A stretch of DNA of 64,000 nucleotides, from assembly GCA_025786725.1 (NCBI GenBank), contig JAHLTZ010000007.1, positions 62,001-126,000 on the forward strand. The letters are read 5' to 3'. The translations under genes were made by a program, and so were the position numbers. This DNA comes from Syncephalis fuscata S228. Its lineage: Eukaryota; Fungi; Zoopagomycota. This document shows, in pieces, positions 1 to 9,383 of the stretch. Each line of letters opens with the position of its first letter. Within the stretch, counting starts at the first letter, position 1. The notes under the pieces were generated by a model. The model was given only the letters and a program-made list of their open reading frames with translations. It did not search any database and had not been told where the DNA came from.

Positions 1-42
1 AACCACGAGAGCAATGAGAGACTTGGGATTGGAAATTATCAT
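1..42 (-). CDS. Possible 5' end of a secreted-protein gene, truncated by the window edge
   Basis: GCC-ATG at 42 reads MIISNPKSLIALVV..., resembling the start of a signal peptide. Only 14 codons are visible. Confidence 0.3.
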   Translation of the reverse strand, partial: MIISNPKSLIALVV

Positions 43-1538
43 GGCAATTTTTAATCGTTTAACAAGGATAGCAAGTTATATATTTTATGTAAAAATGGAA
101 TTTGTAAAATGCCTCTAGAGATAGCAGTATAAGCGAAGTGTGTATAGGAAATACACGGCAACAGATGGTCAAACTATGGACATTTTATAGCAAATTTGAA
201 AAACTGCAGCTGATTAATTATCCAGCATAGAAGATAATGCGGATGTGCCACATGTAAAAATAACTGAATTCAAAACGGCTGCAACATCGACTGCAGCTCA
301 AAAAGGCAATCTACATAATGATAGAAAAAAAGAAATGAGCTGAGACTGCTAGCACATCAATCGTAGACCAAAAAGGTAAATTTGTGTACGATTATGTATA
401 GATGTACCAGACCTGGAACTACTACAAGTAAATATAGGTTTCAACTCCACATGGTTTGATTGTCAAGCGATTTGCATATAGCTTTTAGAAACATACATTC
501 CGGTTTAAAAAAATAGAAAACAAGCATTCAAAACAATGATAGTTATTGTGGAATCCCATGTTCAATGGTTATAGAAATACCACAATTATGTACGTATGTT
601 TTGAACAACTATTGCTTACAGCTTCATTTAGATATAGCCTTTATTGCCGTTGTATGTAGATTGTGATGGCTCTCGACGCATATTGAACATATTCACGGCT
701 GAGATAATGTTTACAGCAAGGTACTATTTACTAATGTAATATTTTTGAATAGCTATTTTACGAGTGATTGTATCAACTATAGCATTATTAATGCATTGCC
801 ATGTCCGCAGTTATAGTCTAGCAGATTATAAATCAATAAATTATATAAGTAATCGCATATTGCAATTATTTTTATAAAATTATATACATGACTATTGCCA
901 TATCATCACTGAGTTATAATCATAGTATTTCATTTGATATCAGTAAATTCGTAATGTGAAATTTAAAAAAAGGAATTTAGAGTGCTGGCCCAAGCCAATT
1001 ATTTAGTATTAATCGCAAATAAAACTAGCCATTATCAATTCAGGCGCACAATATCCACAGTAAAATAATGTTTAGCTACAATAAAAAGATTAACTACGAT
1101 ACTTTGATCAGCAAATGTCTACTAATTTCATATAGTCAATTAACTTCAATAATATTTATTATTTGTTTTCGTCTATATCTTTTTATCTTTCACGCGTTAT
1201 CTTCTATTTAGTATTATTTTATCACCATTCTTTAATTGTAATATGTAGATAAGGTATAAATAAAAATCTAATAACTTAGTTACATATGACTAAAATAGAA
1301 ATTTGTGTTTATTAATACAAATTTGCATAGTTGAGTGGGCATAACTATGTGCAGATTTGATAATATAATAAATCTACTGGTTGAAAGTTGAATAAACCGG
1401 GGTATTGGCTGGAACTTGATATACGTACAAGACTAAAAGACAAATATTGAATAACCTTGAGTTTTTTGAATATATACCTAAACATGGTAAACTAAATGCT
1501 CAATTACTCTGGCAGCTTTAATGTCTTGGAAGCATAGA

Positions 1539-4413
1539 TCATTCTAATATATAATTAAATACAATATTTTGCACAAAATTAGTGTATAAGCAATTATATA
1601 TAATGCCACTTACTGCCTATTAGTATCAAGTTGTTTATACGCACAGTACATAGTATATGATTAGCGTATATTTAGTTGCTACGTTATGCCACTTACAGTC
1701 TATTAATATTAGATTGTTAATACGCACAATTCGCAGTATTTGATTAGCGTACAGTCAATTAATATACAGCATCACTTACTTCCTATTGGTATCAATTTGT
1801 TGTTAGATATAATATATAGTATGTATTATTAGTGAGTAATCAACTAATACAAAATAACACTTACCGCCTGTTAATATTGAATAGTTAATATAAATGGTAC
1901 ATAAAACACAATTAGTAATTAGTCAATTAATGCAAAATGTAATTTACCGCCTATTAATATGATATTGTTGATACGCGTAGCACACGGTGTGTAATTAGTG
2001 CATAATCAATTAATATAAACTATTACTTACATTCTATCAGCGTCAGGCCATTGGTATACATATGGTATATAAAGTGTAATGAGTGCATATCCTACTAGTA
2101 TACAATATCACTTACTTCCTATTAATATTAAAATATTAAATATGTATAGCTAATTAATATATGTTATCACTTACCAACTATTATAGCAAGTTGTTTGTAA
2201 TATAATACATAGTATATAATTAATGTATAGTTAATTGATATACAATAACACTTACCACCTATTACATTAGATTTTCAATACGCATATAATACATTATATA
2301 GTTGGTACATAATGAAACAGTATAAAAATACTTACAAACTATTAATATTGAGTTGTCAGATATGTGCATTGCATTGCATGCAATTAGTGTATGAACTGTT
2401 GATATACAATGGCACTTACTGCCTATTGATATTAAATTATTTATGCCCACAGTATACAATATACGATTAGTGCCCACTCAATTTATTTGTAATAACACTT
2501 ACCAACTATTAATATTGAGTTGTCAAATACGCGCATTATATAGCATGCAATTAGTGTATGTTTAGCTAATATATAGCACTGCTTACAAACTATTAATATT
2601 ATGTTATTAAAGGCAATTGTATTTGATTAGCGCATAGTTAAAGCGTATAAAATAGCACTCACCGCCTATAAATATTAAATTTTTGGCAAAAGCATTGTAT
2701 AAAATTTAATTAGTATAGAACTGATCAATATACAATGGCACCTACAATCTATTATATTAGATTTTGATACACCCATATAGTATATAATTAGTTTGTGCAT
2801 AATCAATACATAGTTCCACTTACACCCTATGGATGTTGAGTTGTTGGCAAAATTAGTAAACAAAGTATAGTTAGTACAAAGCTAGCTAGCTTTAAATGTC
2901 ACTTACAGGCTATTATATTAAATTTTAAATAAATAAAATACAGTTAGTACATAGCTAATTAGTATGCAGCCTCACTTACGTCCTATTAATATTATTTTGT
3001 TGATAGATATAGCAGGCAACATGCAGTTAGTGTTTAGTTGATTATTATGAAATATTACTTACCAACTATTAACATTATAATATCGATATTCACAGTACAT
3101 AGCATTTAATTAGTGCATAGACAATTAGTATACAATTTCACTTACCGGCTATTAGTATCGATTTGTTGATGCACATAGTACATAGCATGCAATTAGTAAT
3201 TAGTTAGTTAATATACAATTTCACTTACGGGCTAATAGTATTAAGTTATTGATACAGATGGCACATAGTATACATTTAGTGTGTAATCAATCAATGCACA
3301 ATGTCAATTACCTCCTATTAATATTGATTTTTGGTACAAAAAGTACATTGCTTAACTCATGATTAGGTAGTGTAAAATTCCACTTACTAACTATTAATAT
3401 TAAGTTATTAATATATGGGATGCGTAAGATTTGGCTAGTTTATAACTAATTGAGCTAAACTATTACTCACGAGCTATTAATATTAAGTTGACAAGTACAG
3501 TGAGTAGATTTTAAGCAATTATAAACAAGCTAATATGCAACTTCACTTACGACCTATTATTATTATTACGTTTTATATATATAGTAAACGACATGCAATT
3601 AGTGAGCTGTCAGTTAATATAAAATAATACTTACCGGCTATTAGTATTGGTTTGTTGATACACATAGTACATATCATGCAATTAATATATGATCAATTAA
3701 TACACAATATCACTTACGAGCTATTAATGTTAATTTGCCATATAAAAATGATAAATTAAATTGCTAATTAGCATACAATGCCACTTACTTTCTATCCATG
3801 TTAATTTAAGAAATAACATTAATGAGCAACTAAATTGTTAATTAACATACAACACCACTTACTCACTATTAATGTTAATTTGACAAATAAAACAATAATC
3901 AATTAAAATTTTAATTAACATAAGATATCACTTACACCCTATTTGCATCAATTTAAGAAATAACACTAGCGATCAATTGAATTGTTGATCAACATATAAT
4001 ACCACTTACATCCTAGTAAAGTTAATCCAGTGTATTATTATTATAAACATAGTATTTTATCCACTAGTTTATAGCAAACTTACTTTTGTCCAATGATGTT
4101 GCTTGAGCTATTTTACATTAACAAATAATGCCTAATTAATCTACAAATAGCTATTTATAACCAAACCTACCGGCTGTTTACATGTGTTTATCATGTTTAT
4201 TACGTAGATGGCAGTTTGCTGTAAGTATCAAAATAATGATTCATGGTAATGGCTTACCCTCTAATACTGCCATTAGCCAAACATAATCCTATTGCATATT
4301 TATTGTAATTTTGACATACCACGACGAATTATAGATGGTTTAGCATCCGCTATAGTTATATTGGCTACAAAAGCCACAAAGATAGTAAAGACGACGACAA
4401 TAGAAAACTTCAT
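1539..4413 (-). CDS. Secreted Cys-rich prepropeptide (73 aa) encoded by 36 coding exons, 33 of them 3 nt long
   Basis: Exon 1 is 4413-4320 (94 nt, MKFSIVVVFTIFVAFVANITIADAKPSIIRR+G). It is followed by 3-nt exons at 4260-4258 and 4173-4171, a 24-nt exon at 4107-4084, 31 consecutive 3-nt exons from 4012-4010 to 1616-1614, and a last exon from 1543 with TGA at 1541-1539. Every exon is flanked by YAG and GT(A/G) sites, introns are 56-84 nt, and the joined CDS is 222 nt with no internal stop. Confidence 0.9.
1544..4012. repeat. Degenerate tandem array of ~70-85-bp units, each one intron plus one 3-nt exon
   Basis: The + strand motif CACTTAC-NNN-CTATTAATATT recurs 31 times with a modal spacing of 83 bp. 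Unit interiors share AATTAGT and TATACAAT motifs. Confidence 0.95.
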
Positions 4414-5792
4414 GGTGATTTTACTTTGATGAAAAACAAGCAAAGCTAGTACTAGTGTATATTTAGTATAAATTGGGTAGTAGTTAATGCTTAGCAAAAT
4501 TGGAGTGTAGTGATAATATCACATAGTATTACTTGTATTTTGTGAGCTATTTAAGTCTTTGATTATAATGAGATAAGTTCAATATGGATTGTATGGAATA
4601 TGTCATTAAGACGCAATGTGAGCCAATAATACACGTCTACACAATGTTTTGAAATATGTGTATATTTATAAATTAATGGCGTGTTAGTATACAGACTAAC
4701 TCTTTGTCTTAACTTGTTCTGCACTTAGACAATCAATAAGACAATACCAACTACACAATACATATGTGATATAAATAAACAAGCCAATCTGCATTGTGCT
4801 TTGCACAGTACGACAATGCCACAACAAAGGTCGGATGGGTTTTATAGGAACAATGACGACAGTGTTACTGGGTTCTGTTCTCAATTTTTTCAAAAAAAAC
4901 TCAACAGTAAATATTTGCATACAATTTAAACAAAGAGCGCTAGATCGCAGCGAATCTAAAACATTGTAACTGTTTACAAATTTATACTATTATATATAAT
5001 TTATCTTTAACCTATTGAATTATAAAAATATTTGGATTATTTCACGTACAAATCAAATTTGATGCTATGGCTGTTACTATAAAATAAATATTTATTAAAT
5101 TTATAAATGTATTACATTTGAGCACACCGTTGCACATATCGTGCCATTTCCGCCGTCTTAAACAATATATCTTCAAAATTATCTAAAGTTTGTTTCACGG
5201 TAAGCGTTATTTGTAGTGTGATATACACGATATTTTAACAATAAAGCAATTTGCACAATCACGAGTGTCAGTGATTGTTTATACGTGAAACAGCCTATAT
5301 TTATCCAATTGCAGACAACATAATTTGCAGATACTAGGTTACAAACACTGTATAGTTTCAAACAAATACTAACAGTTTGAGTACATAATAATAGTGAACC
5401 ATATATAGAACAGTGATCATACAGGGCCTGGCTAATTTTCAACGCTTCTATAAAGTGATTATGACAACAAAGGAACAACAAGCAATAGAAAAGAATAAAG
5501 AATTGTGGAATTCAATCTGCAGTCACATATCCAATATAATAGAAAAGTAGACTGAAGGAATATAGCATTGAGTGTGCAATCCATATTGGATCGAATCTTT
5601 AGCAATAGTCATCAAAAACTATAAAATTCTAAAAGGTAACACGAGTCGATTGGCCTGTGCCCATCATTCCTCTATTAATCGAGACATCGGATGTTACCGC
5701 TAATGCCTAAAAAGATGGATTGTGTTTTATAGCTGGACTAGCCTTGTCCACATCTTTTTTACCTTTAACACAGCGAGTTTTTTACTGTTTCA

Positions 5793-7112
5793 ATGAACGC
5801 GCGTCTGCACTGTCCTGTTCACGGTTTCCACACTATTCTATGCGACGCAGATGGACAACGCCGTGTAGCTGCATCTCCGCCCAGAGCAGTGCCCTATCCC
5901 GTTCTCATTCCTGATGCGTCACCGCGACGTGCATCATCCCATGTTCAGGCCAATGACGAACCATTCTCTTCGTCCTATTCACCTTCTCGTTCAAGGTACA
6001 AAGGACAACTTATGGCGGGTATTGGCCGTGCAACATCACTATCATTTCATAGTAGTGGTATGAGTAGCGAGGACCGCGTCCAAAAGGCTATACAGTATGC
6101 AGTTGATAACGGCGAAAACACGGTCGATTTGAGGTAACTAGTCCTTATAATATACTATATGTGGTTTATTGACCAGCAATATCTATACCATCAACGCATA
6201 ACAATGACAGTGGTTCGTTTTCTTTACAAGATAATGATCGTATTCGCGTGTTGCCATCGGATATTGGCGAATTACGTCATCTGACAGTGTTGCCGCCGAT
6301 GCATTGCGAATCAGACCACAAATCATCAAATGGATTACAGTTATTTTTAGGCTTTAATCTACTTAAAGATCTACCTATTGAATTATATGATCTTCGCAAT
6401 TTAACGGTGCTTGGATTGCGTAGGTCAAGCATGATTTGGCTGTTAATTGTTATTAATTGTATGTATTTATTTAGAAAATAACCAATTGGCAGAACTTTCG
6501 TTTCGTATTCGACAATTGACTAAACTAGAACGTTTGAATCTAGGCGGAAATCAATTGGTGAGTTACAGCCTATTAATGTAATAATATCATGGTCCAATAT
6601 TAAGCGTTAAATAATAGGAAACACTGCCAGGAGAACTATTATGGCTACCCAGTTTACGTAGTCTTACCGTACTCCCCAATCCACTACGCTCTTATCCCGC
6701 ACTCAATAAGCGACAGCAAGAATTACAGGTACATTGGCCATCATGGCCCTGTCTTCTTCCAGCGTGGATTGTGCAGCTAAACGTCCAATGGGTATGCTTA
6801 CGCTGGGAACCGCTACCAACTTTAACGGAACTATGTGCGCGTCAAGCGCTTATTTATCCCGATGATTTAAACGCTATACGGCACTGTATGCCAGGACGTA
6901 TTCGAGATATGCTCGATGAGGGAATGCATCGACGCTGTATTGCCTGTGGTCTATTTTTTCTACGTGCTGGTGTCAAGATGATACTTTGGCTTGATTATCT
7001 CGGTGCTCGTGAATTGCCGTTTCTTTTCCGCTTCTGTTCTGTGGCATGCTTGGAGAAACCAGGTGAATTACAAACTCGTCTAGAACGAGACTTTTCCCGT
7101 CAAATTACAGCA

Positions 7113-7143
<31 letters not shown>

Positions 7144-7238
7144 CATCATCAGTATCTAATAATGGTTATAATCGTCATAACAATAATGAGCCACATCATC
7201 ATCATCATAATCATCATCATGATTCAATGGAGCTTTAA
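5793..7238 (+). CDS. Leucine-rich repeat protein with BC-box-like motif and C-terminal Cys cluster (LRRC58-like)
   Basis: LRR motifs (LFLGFNLLKDLPIELYDLRNLTVLGL, LNLGGNQL), then LPTLTELCAR and CIAC...FCSVAC. Spliced; start codon uncertain. Confidence 0.75.
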
Positions 7239-7300
7239 TTGCCTTAGTCGATGTATTAATAAACTTTAGTGTATTTTTCATTTATTTTTTATTTGCTACT

Positions 7301-8549
7301 ATGAATGACACAGAATTGCCCGTTCAAGATAATAACGACTTCACACTTGTGACGAAACGTGGTCGACGTAATCGTAATAAGAAAATGAGCGCAGGTCAAG
7401 CTAATGACGACGAGGCAACAAGAAAAGCCAAAGCTTTTGGGCGGGCTAGTCAACGGATCGCTGAATTCTGGTAAGTGTACTGCGTGCAGATAGGCCAAAA
7501 CTTATACGTCTATGGTTCTATTGTCACTCGATGGCATTTGAACTATCTAGCGATGAATTACGCCAAAGTGCTGTCTATGCTCATTTACAAAGTAAGCCAT
7601 CAACTATAATAAGAGATTAGAACAAACGTTTAACGCAGTCTATTCAGCACTCTTTAAAAATGAACTAAATCATACATTACCACGATATCTACTTGTCTAT
7701 GGACTTGGTTCGATGATGACATCGAGAGAAGCATGCCGCCAGCTAGCATTATGTCAATTATTGGCTGAGCACCTCAAGGTAGCATACTATACACTTGATT
7801 AAAGCCATTTCATCAACTACTGATTGTATCTATCTACTAGTTGCCCGCCAACAGTGTCCGAGGATATGATCCTATTTGGACAGTAGAAGATTGTACACTA
7901 TTTAAGAATTGTGGATTCGGATGTATTGAACAAAATGAAGCAAGTTAATTTATTTATATCCATTGGATGGACTAACTAATATATGCTATGGTGTATACAG
8001 CGTGGCTATTGTTCACTAGCCGACTGTACTCTCGTTTATATGCCGCACTGTCCCAAAGGTCTATACGAGAATGTATTGGCTGCAAATTGGCACCCCGATC
8101 GATTTACGCATTTAATTCTACTTGGTAATTGTCTTGAAACCTATATTGCACGGTAAATATACGTTTACATTTATAACATTATTTATTAATATTAATACGT
8201 ATAGATTAACTAAAACACAGTTACATAAAGAACTGCCACATGCTGAACAAATATCCTTTTTGTATGCAACTTGCATCAATTAATAGATATTCTCTGTATT
8301 TCTTAACAATAACACGCCTGTAACTTATTAGTTATGCGATATATTCAGTTAAAGCGGACACGCCAAGACTCTAATGACTATACATCAGACATGTTGGAAG
8401 AGGATAAACGACAGTTTGATGATAACCATCGTGCATTTAGTGAATTATGTCTACAATGGCCTGATCCACAACGATTATCAGATAAAGAACAAAAGATCGA
8501 CTGGAATCTATCAGTCAATGCTATCGATGATCCAGAGTTAATTAATTAA
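7301..8549 (+). CDS. SRR1/BER1-domain protein
   Basis: Spliced motifs VYGLGS, GYDPIW, LVYMPHCPKGLYENVLAANW and LILLGN are typical of the SRR1 family. Confidence 0.8.
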
Positions 8550-8678
8550 TCTGCATTATTGTTAATAAATAGACATTTGTATAAACCATTAATCAGCTAT
8601 TTATGAATTAATTGCAATGATGTTAAATCATCTTTACTAAATTGTAAGAATCAATCATTTGCATAATGAATACGCCAT

Positions 8679-9119
8679 TTATTTCTTGTTCCTATTTAAT
8701 AAATACGCGTGTAAATAAATACATATATATAGAATACGTGTAGTAATAGTGTTACTTACAAGGTCCAGACGCTAGCTATTAACGAGAATAAATCGATCGA
8801 CATAAAGGGTCAGCACGCTGTATTACAATCAATAGTAAGACTTACCAAAGAATGGAAGGCCAAAGCCAACTGCGCAATAAGTAGTGAATTTCACGGCTAG
8901 ACCAAACTTGTTCTTGGTAGAGAAGGGCAGATTCTACGCGTAGATGATCAATAGCACGCGATAAATAGATCAGATCACGTATAGTCTAATTGAAGTATCA
9001 CTTACTTGTCCGTGGGTGTTCTCAGCGTGGAACATACGGCGCTGCACTTGTCCACGAGTAACGGGAGAAGTCGCCATAACGGCGCGACGCATAACTGGAC
9101 GAGCAGCAAGAGCAAGCAT
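8679..9119 (-). CDS. COX8: Cytochrome c oxidase subunit VIIc (yeast Cox8 family)
   Basis: Four exons: Arg-rich mitochondrial presequence MLALAARPVMRR..., then NLPFSTKNKFGLAVKFTTYCAVGFGLPFF, ASVWTL and NKK-stop. Missed by the ORF track. Confidence 0.9.
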
Positions 9120-9383
9120 AGTGGAGTGATGTGGTGCAGTTGCACGAGTGTTGTTAATAGACGACTGGAGTATTGAAAAAGAGAATCCGGCAAATAACGG
9201 AAAGGAGAAAGAAAGATGATCAATTTAGAAGCATGAATTTTAATTAGTTAATTAACATTAACAACATTTATATAGATAGTATTGCATAACCACTTTAATT
9301 TATTTCCCCTTTCTTAATTAAAAGCAAAGGCGCCTTTATTCAATAATGGTGGCGATTATGCTGTGGAAATTGTTTGTTTATAT

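Noticed and set aside
2262-2863. ORF-track ORFs 2262-2477 and 2675-2863
   Set aside because: These are chance frames running through the introns of the micro-exon gene.
3863-3865. Reading each 3-nt exon as a whole codon (phase 0), which would make TGA a stop or recoded codon
   Set aside because: Exon 1 is 94 nt (phase 1), so TGA is split as T|TG A|AA (Leu-Lys). No recoding is needed.
1544-4012. CRISPR-like array or plain minisatellite
   Set aside because: The context is eukaryotic with no cas genes. The conserved parts are spliceosomal donor, acceptor and branch motifs, and the 3-nt variable positions join into a coherent ORF.
4204-4218. Possible extra 15-nt exon (CAG...GTAATA) inside intron 2
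   Set aside because: It would leave flanking introns of 39 and 30 nt, shorter than the other introns seen here.
3470-4330. Resemblance to alpha-factor pheromone precursors (RR-EA spacer, KR-WL..PG.P)
   Set aside because: The similarity is too short. There is a single non-repeated peptide with a 4-Cys tail, unlike alpha-factor precursors.
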